A stretch of DNA of 64,000 nt from an uncultured virus (IMG/VR IMGVR_UViG_3300006921_000001) (taxonomy: Duplodnaviria > Heunggongvirae > Uroviricota > Caudoviricetes). Both the position numbers and the translations under genes were made by a program. Below the pieces are notes generated by a model. That model did not search any database, was not told where the DNA came from, and worked only from the letters and a program-made list of their open reading frames with translations. The stretch lies in IMG/VR virus record IMGVR_UViG_3300006921_000001; one strand, 5' to 3'. Below, piece after piece: positions 17,793 through 27,191 of this stretch; position 1 is the first letter of the stretch; each line of letters opens with the position of its first letter.

Positions 17793-18877
17793 TACACAGA
17801 CCTTCAGATACATCAATAAATCAAGCGGACTACGCAAACGGTATAGGTTACTATACCGACGTGGCAAGAATTGCTAATTTACTCAGTGTTCCAGAATTCG
17901 ATGATTCATCATATCCGACAGAAGGTCATGTGGGTGAACTAATTCGCTATGCAGAAGATTATATTGACGAATATACAAAAGATTCATGGCGACCAATTTT
18001 AATCGAAAACGAATACCATGATTTTGATTATGATATGTTTAGAATGAATAGGGCTAGCATGTATAATAAGTATACAGATTATGTAGGGTATATCCGACTC
18101 AATGCAGAAAATCTTCGTAAAATAGTTAGGCTTGCTGTATGGCGTGGTAATCAGTGGGAAGAACTTGCTGGTGCTACTTCTTCTGTAACAATTACTGACC
18201 ATACTAATATTACAAATGTTGTTTTACGTTTACCTAATAGCGGAACTACTTTTACACTAACTCCCGGAACTACGGTTAGTACATTCAATACTACTTATGG
18301 TAATCGCACCGCTGCATATGAGTTAGCATATCTAATTAACGAACAGTTACCTGTTATGACTAATGGGTTTACCGGGTCAAGTGGGAGGAAGGCTATAACA
18401 TCAGGTTCAGATTCTATTAGTGATTTCTTTTATGCTACTGTGGAGCAGGACAATAAGATAGTAATCTCATCTACGCTACTGGGCGATGATGGTAAAAACT
18501 GCACACTTACTGTAAGTGGTAGTGGGGTTTCAAGGGAAGATTTTTCAGATACCGAGGCCCGGGGCCGTGAGCAGGACTGGTGGGATATTCGTAATGATGG
18601 TGCTATATTTTTCCGAACTAACTACCCATATAATCAAAAACACTCTATTCGTGTTACATATCTTACAGGAGGGGCGTCAGTCCCTGCTATTATTACTGAG
18701 GCCGCTACCAAAATTGTAGCATGTGAACTTATGGCCGAAGACGATTCAACGCTTTTACTTGGTGAGAACGGTGAGGCCGGACTTGCTTTAACAGATAAAT
18801 ATACTAAGTATAAGGAAGAAATTGATAAAATTCTCGGTATGAAAAAGCGCCTTATTTATTTCTTGGATAGTGATTAA
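17789..18877 (+). CDS. head-tail adaptor (gp6-like) with inserted beta domain
   Basis: YYTDVARIA..AEDYIDEYT N-terminus and RVTYLTG..VPAIITEAATKIVA C-terminus, typical of adaptors. Confidence 0.75.
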   Translation: MIHRPSDTSINQADYANGIGYYTDVARIANLLSVPEFDDSSYPTEGHVGELIRYAEDYIDEYTKDSWRPILIENEYHDFDYDMFRMNRASMYNKYTDYVGYIRLNAENLRKIVRLAVWRGNQWEELAGATSSVTITDHTNITNVVLRLPNSGTTFTLTPGTTVSTFNTTYGNRTAAYELAYLINEQLPVMTNGFTGSSGRKAITSGSDSISDFFYATVEQDNKIVISSTLLGDDGKNCTLTVSGSGVSREDFSDTEARGREQDWWDIRNDGAIFFRTNYPYNQKHSIRVTYLTGGASVPAIITEAATKIVACELMAEDDSTLLLGENGEAGLALTDKYTKYKEEIDKILGMKKRLIYFLDSD

Positions 18878-18878
18878 T

Positions 18879-19607
18879 ATGTGGTATGATATAATTAAAC
18901 AGGATAATGAGTTTTTTCTTGGTATAGAAACCTATGGTCCAGAAGTTAGCATGGCTATTTCTAATTATTCTATGGGGCTTACAGATACATTAGGTTTACG
19001 ACTTATAATTGATACTCCTACAGCAAAACGTTTTAGGAAAAAAAATAGAAAAAAACTTATAGATGGTATATTTACTAAAATATATTCCGATATAATTAAA
19101 AATCATATGGAACTTGGAGAACCTATTGCTAAAGATAAGTTTTACGAATTAGTTGCGGATGAAGCAAAAAAATATACTATAACGATGGAAATTTTAACCA
19201 AGAATAAAATTAGTAAGAAAGTAACTAATTTATACGTTTTAACATCAAGTGGAAAAATTGGAAGAAAATACCAACATTATTACAAATATGCGCGTAAAGT
19301 GAGCCCCCGACCAGTTCAAGATTTAATATCAAGGGGATATATTGAATCTATTTCTGCCACAAATTTAGCACCAAGAGGAAATGACCCGGACGGCAGCAGG
19401 CGAACCAATACACATAGTCCTGACACAGCATATGGTTCGAAAGGAAGGGCAGTCCGAACATTAAGTAGAGATTACGAAAATAGTTTTATTAAAAAAAGAG
19501 AAGTTCCTCCTGATTTATATTTAGATAAACTACGTCCGTATATGGCAAGACCAACAGTTTCACGCGATAGAAGCCATCCCCCTAAACCATTTAGAGGGCG
19601 ACGATAA
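18879..19607 (+). CDS. basic hypothetical protein with N-terminal WxxIIK tag
   Basis: ATG 18879, one base after previous stop, gives MWYDIIKQ. Confidence 0.7.
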   Translation: MWYDIIKQDNEFFLGIETYGPEVSMAISNYSMGLTDTLGLRLIIDTPTAKRFRKKNRKKLIDGIFTKIYSDIIKNHMELGEPIAKDKFYELVADEAKKYTITMEILTKNKISKKVTNLYVLTSSGKIGRKYQHYYKYARKVSPRPVQDLISRGYIESISATNLAPRGNDPDGSRRTNTHSPDTAYGSKGRAVRTLSRDYENSFIKKREVPPDLYLDKLRPYMARPTVSRDRSHPPKPFRGRR

Positions 19608-19813
19608 TGTTTGATAAGATTTTAAAGAAACTACAAACCTTACAAGAAAAAATACCTAATGTAGTAGAAACTACTAAGTCGCAGGCAGAAGAAGTAGAAA
19701 ATATGAGCGAAGAACTTCTTGGGGTTAGAATGTCAGAAGAACTTACTGCTAAGTTTATAAAGGGAGAAATAAATAATAAAATTACTCAGGAATTAAAAAA
19801 GGTGTTTGAGTAA
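19607..19813 (+). CDS. small hypothetical protein
   Basis: TAATG-coupled both sides; begins MFDKILKK. Confidence 0.65.
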   Translation: MFDKILKKLQTLQEKIPNVVETTKSQAEEVENMSEELLGVRMSEELTAKFIKGEINNKITQELKKVFE

Positions 19814-20454
19814 TGGCAGTAACAGAAGACGAAACAACATCACTTATTACAATCCTTAGTGATAACTGGGCTGCTGCTTGTACTGCTTTAGATACTACAA
19901 ACGGTAATGGACAAATAGCAGACATACACGCAGTAACTCCACAAATACTAGATATTAGAAATATGAATTCTGGTAAAAATACTGATGCTCAAGGTCGCGC
20001 CCGTGGTGGTAATAGGATTAATACTAGTAAGGTAGAAACAGGAGATAGAACTGCTGGGACTCCCGAACCTATTTATTCTAATGATTTACTTATTATTTCT
20101 CAAAGTTCTCAAACTGTAAATTACCCTACGGTATTTTGGGATTCCCGTGACGAAATTCATGAAATGGAAATATGGATTCGCACTAGACAGGATGATAGAA
20201 CACTAACTAATGGAAGTAAGGTTTCCCCTAATTCTGGTACATTTGGTATAGACCGAATCCGAAGCCTTTATATTATAGTTAGGTATATAATCGAATTAAG
20301 GCGTAAGGGCTATATCAAAAATGGCTTGTTGTATCAAAATATTAACCACTTAATACTAGGCGGAAGAACAGAAAGTAACGACAAGAGAAATAAATTATTC
20401 GGATATAAAGTAAATATAACAATGAGAAGATTAGCACAAGGCGTCACATGTTAA
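19813..20454 (+). CDS. probable tail terminator/completion protein
   Basis: Position directly upstream of tail tube; ILSDNW N-terminus, beta-strand C-terminus. Confidence 0.55.
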   Translation: MAVTEDETTSLITILSDNWAAACTALDTTNGNGQIADIHAVTPQILDIRNMNSGKNTDAQGRARGGNRINTSKVETGDRTAGTPEPIYSNDLLIISQSSQTVNYPTVFWDSRDEIHEMEIWIRTRQDDRTLTNGSKVSPNSGTFGIDRIRSLYIIVRYIIELRRKGYIKNGLLYQNINHLILGGRTESNDKRNKLFGYKVNITMRRLAQGVTC

Positions 20455-20475
20455 CAAAAAAAGTAGGTAAGTAAA

Positions 20476-22779
20476 ATGTCAACATCAGAAGTATGGATGG
20501 GTTCCGGTCTAACAATGACTATGGCCCCTGAAGCAAAACTGTTTTTAGGATATATGCCGTATGGCCCAACATTAGGTAGAGCAAGCACAAATAGAGCGCA
20601 CTTAATTAAGTATAGTTTAGGCTATGCTGTGGATGGAGCATCTGTGGTAATTGATAATGCACATGGAGAAGGTAGTAACGCTGTAAAACATTTTACAGAT
20701 TATTACCATTTAGTTCCTGATTTATATACGGGTTGTACAGCAGAATTTTATACTAAGAGTGCTTCTGGAGATTCTTACGCATTAGAATTTACTGCTATGG
20801 TAGCAGGTAATGATGCTGACGCTATTTACCTTTCTGGTAATCTTGCTGATTTTCCAACATTATTCGCTGACGAAAATGCTGCTGTTTCTTCTTCAAGAAA
20901 AAGAGGATATATTTGTTTACAACAACATGGGGCAGTAGTTCCTGCACCTATTAGTTTAGAAACAGTTGCTGCCGTTGCTTCATTTACAACGGGTATTGAA
21001 GAAGTAACTGCTACATCAGGTACAGATTTAACTAAATTAGCGGTTGATGAATTAGTTTATGATACAGCGAATGGTGTTTGTGTTGGTAAAGTGTGGGGTT
21101 TTTCTGCTAATAATACTGCATTAGCGGCAAGAGATGCACATGATGGTGCTTCCACAGATGATACAGTACACTTTTTGTCTGCTAATTTAGGTACAGTTTC
21201 GGGTGCTTCAAGTGCTTCAAATAGTATTGGTACAGTAGTTATGCCTACATCTATGACCGGAATTTTAACAGCAGGTGATTTTATTTCAGGTGATTTAAAT
21301 ACTAGAACAAATGCAGCAGTTATTGGTATTGTAATTACTCTTAGTTCTGATGGTACAACAGTTACGTTTGCACAAACGGCAACTCAATCATTTGGTTCAG
21401 GACATGAATTATATTGGGGTAGAGATACTTCTTTCGCTTTATCATCCAGTTTAACTTCTATTGCTAGAGTAAGTGCTAGAGTTCTTTCAGATAACTGGTT
21501 GGGGTTAGTAGATTCTGCTACTCCATCTACACCAGATGTAATGACAGAACAAAAAATGATGGCTATTGGTGGAACTAGAAACGTAACATATCAATACAAA
21601 GGTATTGAAACTCCAGCAGCGGCATCATTAGATGCTACATTAAATCACGGAACATGGTTACATTATGCTTTGGGGACAACTACTGCTAGTTCTACTGTTG
21701 TAGATACTAACCCTGCAACAAATGTTTTCCAAAGAGCAGGAGCAAACGCATCAACACACGAAGTTCATGCTGGTTATACCGAAAACGCTACTTTAGATTA
21801 CGACGGAGGCTCACAAAATGGTAAATTCCATAGAGTATTAAAAGGAACTGCTACTATTTGCCCACCATTAATACCCGGAGAAGCCACTGCTAAAGTAACT
21901 TTACCAAGTGTTTCTTCTGGACTTATTCAAAACGCAATCACTTATACATTTAGCGAGCGTAATGATAATATTTTACCTTCTTTTGCTTTTGAATTATTAG
22001 CAGAAAAGGGTTCAAATGTTGACTCTATACCAATGGTTGACCGAGGAACAACTGCAAGACAAGATGCAACTACTTTTGATACGAAAGATAACGTATATGC
22101 AGAAATACATCCGGGAGCAACATTAGGTTCATTAACTTTAACTGCTTCTGCGGAATCTGCAGTTACTGCTAACATGTCATTTAATGTTAAAACCGTCTTT
22201 GATTGTCCTACAGGGTATGTTGGAAGGGCCTATGATGCTACAAATAATATCACTAAGGGTTCTAACTTACCTAGAGTTCTTAATAACTTCGGACAAAATA
22301 CTGGAGTCGCTACTGCTTCTAAGCAGGATTTCTTAACCCCATATTACTTTAGCGATGGAACTATTAGTTTATTCGGTAGTGAATTTATGCGTGTTACTAG
22401 TTTCGATTTAGCCATAGAAAACACCCTAACTGATAAACGTTTTATCGGCCAACACAATAAGAAAATACAAAGCGCACTACCCGGACAAAGGACATATACT
22501 ATTAATATGACTGCTCAACTAACAGACCGAAGGCTATTTGCAGAACTTAGAAATGAGGATTCTTTCCGTAGTGCTATGAGTAATGCTAATATTCAGTTAC
22601 TTCTAACCAAAGCAACCGGAGAAAATATTAAACTTCAATTCGATGATTATATGATTTCTGTTGCTAGTTTCCCCGGACCTACAGATGACCGAGGGCCGCT
22701 TGAAGTATCATTTACTATTATGCCTATCCGTAAGGGAACCGAAATATCCACTAAAACCTCTTGGGTTCTTCAAGGATAA
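20476..22779 (+). CDS. tail tube protein with large inserted domains
   Basis: C-terminal tube-type motifs LPSFAFE, YFSDGTISLFG, VTSFDLAIENTL, GQRTYTINMT; precedes chaperone and tape measure. Confidence 0.8.
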   Translation: MSTSEVWMGSGLTMTMAPEAKLFLGYMPYGPTLGRASTNRAHLIKYSLGYAVDGASVVIDNAHGEGSNAVKHFTDYYHLVPDLYTGCTAEFYTKSASGDSYALEFTAMVAGNDADAIYLSGNLADFPTLFADENAAVSSSRKRGYICLQQHGAVVPAPISLETVAAVASFTTGIEEVTATSGTDLTKLAVDELVYDTANGVCVGKVWGFSANNTALAARDAHDGASTDDTVHFLSANLGTVSGASSASNSIGTVVMPTSMTGILTAGDFISGDLNTRTNAAVIGIVITLSSDGTTVTFAQTATQSFGSGHELYWGRDTSFALSSSLTSIARVSARVLSDNWLGLVDSATPSTPDVMTEQKMMAIGGTRNVTYQYKGIETPAAASLDATLNHGTWLHYALGTTTASSTVVDTNPATNVFQRAGANASTHEVHAGYTENATLDYDGGSQNGKFHRVLKGTATICPPLIPGEATAKVTLPSVSSGLIQNAITYTFSERNDNILPSFAFELLAEKGSNVDSIPMVDRGTTARQDATTFDTKDNVYAEIHPGATLGSLTLTASAESAVTANMSFNVKTVFDCPTGYVGRAYDATNNITKGSNLPRVLNNFGQNTGVATASKQDFLTPYYFSDGTISLFGSEFMRVTSFDLAIENTLTDKRFIGQHNKKIQSALPGQRTYTINMTAQLTDRRLFAELRNEDSFRSAMSNANIQLLLTKATGENIKLQFDDYMISVASFPGPTDDRGPLEVSFTIMPIRKGTEISTKTSWVLQG

Positions 22780-22789
22780 CTGCATAAGG

Positions 22790-22829
22790 TTTATTAATAA
22801 AGGGCGTATTGCTAAGGTTAGTGACAACT
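22790..22829 (+). promoter_or_regulatory. candidate TATA-box promoter for chaperone/tape-measure genes
   Basis: TTTATTAA at 22790-22797 in intergenic gap before ATG 22830. Confidence 0.45.
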
Positions 22830-23207
22830 ATGAGTTACACAATAGCCACAGATAAAAGCAAGTTGCTAGTTTCACGACAAGCAACGGAGCATTATGTTAG
22901 AATCGCTCCCGGTAGCGAAGAGTACCTAAAAATTTGGATTAAGGAACCAACGTTCCTGCAATTAGAACAGGCGCAAATGAAGTTATTCGACTTCAATGCT
23001 GGTTCTCAAGAAGTGAACCTAGACATGGCGGAAGTATACCGTTACCTTTGGGATGCATTTGTGGAGAAAACTGAACCTGCTCTTAGTGCTATGGATGTAT
23101 TAGGTCTTAATCCCTATATCGGCTCGCAAATCAAGGAGATTTTACCAAATCCCTTTGCATTTACAGAGGTGGATGAGGATTTAAAAGTGCCTATCGTCGA
23201 GCAATAA
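22830..23207 (+). CDS. tail assembly chaperone (gpG analogue)
   Basis: Between tube and tape measure; slippery heptamer near 3' end. Confidence 0.8.
   Translation: MSYTIATDKSKLLVSRQATEHYVRIAPGSEEYLKIWIKEPTFLQLEQAQMKLFDFNAGSQEVNLDMAEVYRYLWDAFVEKTEPALSAMDVLGLNPYIGSQIKEILPNPFAFTEVDEDLKVPIVEQ
23180..23186 (+). other. programmed -1 ribosomal frameshift site T TTA AAA
   Basis: X XXY YYZ heptamer in correct phase; -1 frame open from 23186 into ORF 23252..23440. Confidence 0.85.
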
Positions 23208-23440
23208 GAACAGGAAAAATAGATAATCCACAAATTGCATCGAGGGTAATTATGTATACTTTAGCCAAAGAATTGAATATTCCACCTCATGAGTTAATAA
23301 ACTATCCTATTAGTTTAGTTACTGATTTAATGACTATTTTTTCCGAAGTGAAATTATATGAGGCTGATTTAATAGACAAATCTACTAATAAAACTAGTGG
23401 AACTACAATGTCTAGTAATGATGGGATAAACTTTGGGTGA
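23186..23440 (+). CDS. C-terminal part of frameshifted chaperone (gpGT analogue)
   Basis: -1 frame reads SAYRRAIRTGKIDNPQIASRVIMYTLAKELNIPPHEL...; LAKELNIPP typical of gpT. Confidence 0.8.
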   Translation, partial: SAYRRAIRTGKIDNPQIASRVIMYTLAKELNIPPHELINYPISLVTDLMTIFSEVKLYEADLIDKSTNKTSGTTMSSNDGINFG

Positions 23441-23446
23441 TTTTAA

Positions 23447-25048
23447 ATGGCATGGAACTATAATGCAAAAACTTCAACGGATTCAATGGACAGTGTAGGT
23501 TTTAAATTAGAGGCTATGATTGCTGGTATTTCAAGAATGGTTGAACTACAGGAACAATCTATAGAAAATGCTAAAAAATTAGGCAAAGAAACAGAAAAGG
23601 CTGATAAAAAAACTAAGACGTTGCTAAGAAGTGCCGCCAATCTATCATCCAGTGATACATGGTATGGTAAAGCATGGGTAGCAGTTAGACGTATTTCTTC
23701 CCGTGTTGCTCCTGAGTTTTGGGCAATACAGAATGCTGCTGTTGGTGCTATGGACACTGTAGAATCCTATTATAAATTTCTAGATGCAAGAAAGAAAAAG
23801 GATTCTGGTGAAAAATTATCCCCTATGCAGAAAATAGCACTAGGTATTATGGACACTAAAAAAGGCTTTGAAAAAGGAATGCAATTGGAACGTCTAAGAT
23901 TAGATACTGGTATAACTAGAGATACTATAAAAGATAATGAAGAACTTGCAGAGGCTTATTTTACTGCACAGCAAAACGTTGCTGAAAAAACAGCAAGGGG
24001 TGAATTTGCGCTAGAAGATATGGAGGCTATGGAGACAGCAAAAAATCAGTTAGCGCAAGCACAAAAAATTGGTGAAGCAGTGGCTGTTGCTGAAGCAGGA
24101 GGCATGGCTAAATACAAGAGACAACTTTATAGAAAAGAGCAAGCCGCTAAGTTAGTAGAAAAATTTACTAGTATGAAAAATTTCTTTAAGGGTTTAAGAA
24201 AATTTGATTGGAAGGCATTTGGCGCACAGATTAAATTAATTGCAGGTGCTGTTGCTAAATTTTTACTAGCGATTACATTAGTTATAGTTATATTTAAAGC
24301 ACTTAATTTAGGTAAATTACTTCTTGCGATTGGTAAGGGGATATATGAATTTGGTGTAAAAGTAGTAGAAGGAATACTAATACTTATTGATGGTTTCGGA
24401 ACGTTGATAGGTGGATTTATTGATTTATATAATGCGGTAGATACATTTATGGAAGAAGGTAACTGGCAACCTATATTAGATGCTATAATTAAAATAGTTA
24501 CTGGTGCCGGGCTTATACTTTGGGGTCTAATTAGCACATTGATAGTACCCATACTTGTGGGTATATGGGAGTTCCTTTCTTCAGCATTTACGGATTGGTT
24601 ATCTTCTACTGCGGATGATGTTGAAGGAGGATTTAATAAAGCCTTATCTATTGGATTGAACATACTTACTATTATTGGTTCTATTGCTGCGTTTATATAT
24701 TTTCTTCCGTCAGTAATGTTAGGTCTACTAGCGGCTGCCTCTGTTGCCCTTGTTGGAACATTAATACAAGGATTTATTCCGGGTAGGGCGATGGGTGGTC
24801 CCGCGTCAGGTTTAACTTTAGTAGGTGAAAGAGGTCCGGAATTAGTATCTTTACCAACAGGTTCTACAGTATATAGTAATTCAGATTCAAAGAGAATGGC
24901 TACAGGTAATACTAATAATATCACAGTTAATGTTCAAGGCCGTATTGGTGCGTCCGATACAGAACTACGAGATATAGCACAAAAGATTGGGCGCATGGTT
25001 AATATGGAAGTTAATCGCACTACAGCAAGTAGAACGAGGGGAGCATAA
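23447..25048 (+). CDS. tape measure protein
   Basis: Helical with hydrophobic/amphipathic central region; C-terminal GRAMGG..LVGERGPELV motif. Confidence 0.85.
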   Translation: MAWNYNAKTSTDSMDSVGFKLEAMIAGISRMVELQEQSIENAKKLGKETEKADKKTKTLLRSAANLSSSDTWYGKAWVAVRRISSRVAPEFWAIQNAAVGAMDTVESYYKFLDARKKKDSGEKLSPMQKIALGIMDTKKGFEKGMQLERLRLDTGITRDTIKDNEELAEAYFTAQQNVAEKTARGEFALEDMEAMETAKNQLAQAQKIGEAVAVAEAGGMAKYKRQLYRKEQAAKLVEKFTSMKNFFKGLRKFDWKAFGAQIKLIAGAVAKFLLAITLVIVIFKALNLGKLLLAIGKGIYEFGVKVVEGILILIDGFGTLIGGFIDLYNAVDTFMEEGNWQPILDAIIKIVTGAGLILWGLISTLIVPILVGIWEFLSSAFTDWLSSTADDVEGGFNKALSIGLNILTIIGSIAAFIYFLPSVMLGLLAAASVALVGTLIQGFIPGRAMGGPASGLTLVGERGPELVSLPTGSTVYSNSDSKRMATGNTNNITVNVQGRIGASDTELRDIAQKIGRMVNMEVNRTTASRTRGA

Positions 25049-26079
25049 TGACTGAAAGCGCAATAGTAGCAATTAGTATTTCTGGTTCTACAATTACTAG
25101 AGCATCTGGGAATTTTACTACCGATGGTTTTATTGTTGGGGATTTAATTAGAATTATTGCTTCAACAAATAATACTGGAACATATACTGTAAGCGAAGTA
25201 GGAACTACAACAATGGTAGTTACTCAAGCACTAATTACTGAAGGTGCTTTTTCTGGAGCAGTAATAAATTATATATTATTTAATACTGAATCCATTTCAT
25301 CTAGTTCACAAGCCCCACAAACAAGAGGTATGTCTTATCACGTTTTCTTAGATTTTAGTGCTAGGGCAGATGACGACTTAGGCTCACAATCTCCAATTAC
25401 AAATAGAATTGGTCTACTGGCTGAATCTTTTAACGTACAAACAAACAAATCAAGACCTACATTTTCTATTCCCGGAACAGCGTTAGTTACTGGTGAATCA
25501 AAAACACTATCAATTGACCTTGCAGCGGCAACTAAAACGTTTAGTATAACTGGTATTATTACCGAACAATTAATGGTTAGAAAATACCCTACTGGTGGTA
25601 AGTTAGATGAAAATAACCCACTTGCTGCTAGTGGTGAATATCCCGGAAAGGATGGTTCAGAAGTCGCTAGAATTTTTACAGCGCAAGAAATAGCGCAATT
25701 TTTACATTCCTCATTAGATTCCTCATTCCTACAACCATATCAAAATATTACAAATATGGCCGTACTTATTCCTAGTAGAGTTGGTTATGACTATAACTAC
25801 CATACAGGTGTTGATGAAAATACCCCTGTAGAATACTTACCACTTATCCCATATTCTTTTAAGGCTAGATACCAAGATAACCTTAGAGCAGTTACATTAG
25901 ATAATTCTGAATACTTCAAACCATCCCATTCCTCATCAATAGTTTCTCACCCTGTTGTTATCCAAAGTATTACTACAGATTTTGTGCCGGGGCAACCTTG
26001 GTTAACATTTACCATCAATGGTGAATTTATCTTCGACGTAATGGGTAGCGCAAAGGATATATTTGGTGAAGATGCATGA
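25048..26079 (+). CDS. probable distal tail protein
   Basis: Directly after TMP; KTFSITGIIT; N-terminal shared beta module. Confidence 0.55.
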   Translation: MTESAIVAISISGSTITRASGNFTTDGFIVGDLIRIIASTNNTGTYTVSEVGTTTMVVTQALITEGAFSGAVINYILFNTESISSSSQAPQTRGMSYHVFLDFSARADDDLGSQSPITNRIGLLAESFNVQTNKSRPTFSIPGTALVTGESKTLSIDLAAATKTFSITGIITEQLMVRKYPTGGKLDENNPLAASGEYPGKDGSEVARIFTAQEIAQFLHSSLDSSFLQPYQNITNMAVLIPSRVGYDYNYHTGVDENTPVEYLPLIPYSFKARYQDNLRAVTLDNSEYFKPSHSSSIVSHPVVIQSITTDFVPGQPWLTFTINGEFIFDVMGSAKDIFGEDA

Positions 26080-27191
26080 ATTTAATTCCATATGCGGGAA
26101 ATCAATATGGGTTAAAATTCCCAGTTCTTTGTGATGGGTATGTTAGTGTAGATTATTCTGATAATATTGCATCAGAGGCTAGGGGTATTTGGGACCACGA
26201 AGGTAGTTTTACAGTTGAAATGTTATTCGTTCCTTACGATGTAAACGGATATGGTTCTAATTCTCAGGCTGCAGCCACTTATGATAGGTCTATTAATGGT
26301 GACTTTGGACACCAAACTAGTCAAAAAACTATGCCTTCTAGAGAAAAAAACATCAGTACAACTACATTAGATGAAGGCTACATGCCTACAACTAATAGAT
26401 TATCTCACCAAATGTGTTTATTTTCAAGTACTAATTTTAAATTATATTTAATAAACAGCACAACAACAAATGTTAATCAACCAGCGGAGTATTATTTTGA
26501 AGCAAAATTAACTACAGGTAGTACAACTAGTACAATAAGAACTCCTGTATTATTTAAATCAAGAAATACACATAGTATGAATGCTTCTGCTCCTACCGAG
26601 TTTAATTATATTAATAACCAAGTTCATTTGATGGATAGTGGATTTAACGCTACCTATCCTTCTTCGGCCGCATCTCCTACTACTAGTAAAATGGATATAA
26701 TTGATTCAAATAATGGTAGAGCGCAAATAGGTACAAAGTTATATAAAAGTGATGGAACTGTTATGGGTACTATTACCGCTGCTACGTATACTTCCGGTAG
26801 AGCATTACTAACATTAGATTCAAACGTAAGTTCTCTTAATGGAGAAGATATATACATAGAAGCACCTCGAGAAATTACTTACCCGCTATCACCTCATCAT
26901 GTTGGGGTTAGTTATCATAAAGCATCTAACTCTATTAATATATTTTACAACGGTGCTAAGGTTAGTACATTAAAGCACACAGATACAAACACATTTAGTT
27001 TCGGTAATGCTGATATTACTTTAGGTCAGGATAGAACTAGTTCCTCTAAAAGATATTCACAGTTTATGGGAGAACTTCACGAAGTAGCAGTAATACGTGG
27101 TTCAAAAAATTCTATCAATACTACAACTACTTTATTACCACAATATAATGATACGTTACTATATGTTGATTTCGAGGAGGCAGATATATGA
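26076..27191 (+). CDS. tail protein with LamG/concanavalin-like domain
   Basis: SFTVEM, HHVGVSY, IFYNG, LGQ, FMGELHEV. Confidence 0.75.
   Translation: MNLIPYAGNQYGLKFPVLCDGYVSVDYSDNIASEARGIWDHEGSFTVEMLFVPYDVNGYGSNSQAAATYDRSINGDFGHQTSQKTMPSREKNISTTTLDEGYMPTTNRLSHQMCLFSSTNFKLYLINSTTTNVNQPAEYYFEAKLTTGSTTSTIRTPVLFKSRNTHSMNASAPTEFNYINNQVHLMDSGFNATYPSSAASPTTSKMDIIDSNNGRAQIGTKLYKSDGTVMGTITAATYTSGRALLTLDSNVSSLNGEDIYIEAPREITYPLSPHHVGVSYHKASNSINIFYNGAKVSTLKHTDTNTFSFGNADITLGQDRTSSSKRYSQFMGELHEVAVIRGSKNSINTTTTLLPQYNDTLLYVDFEEADI

Noticed and set aside
24127..24924. 265-aa minus-strand ORF
   Set aside because: Antisense to the tape measure gene; codon-mirror composition
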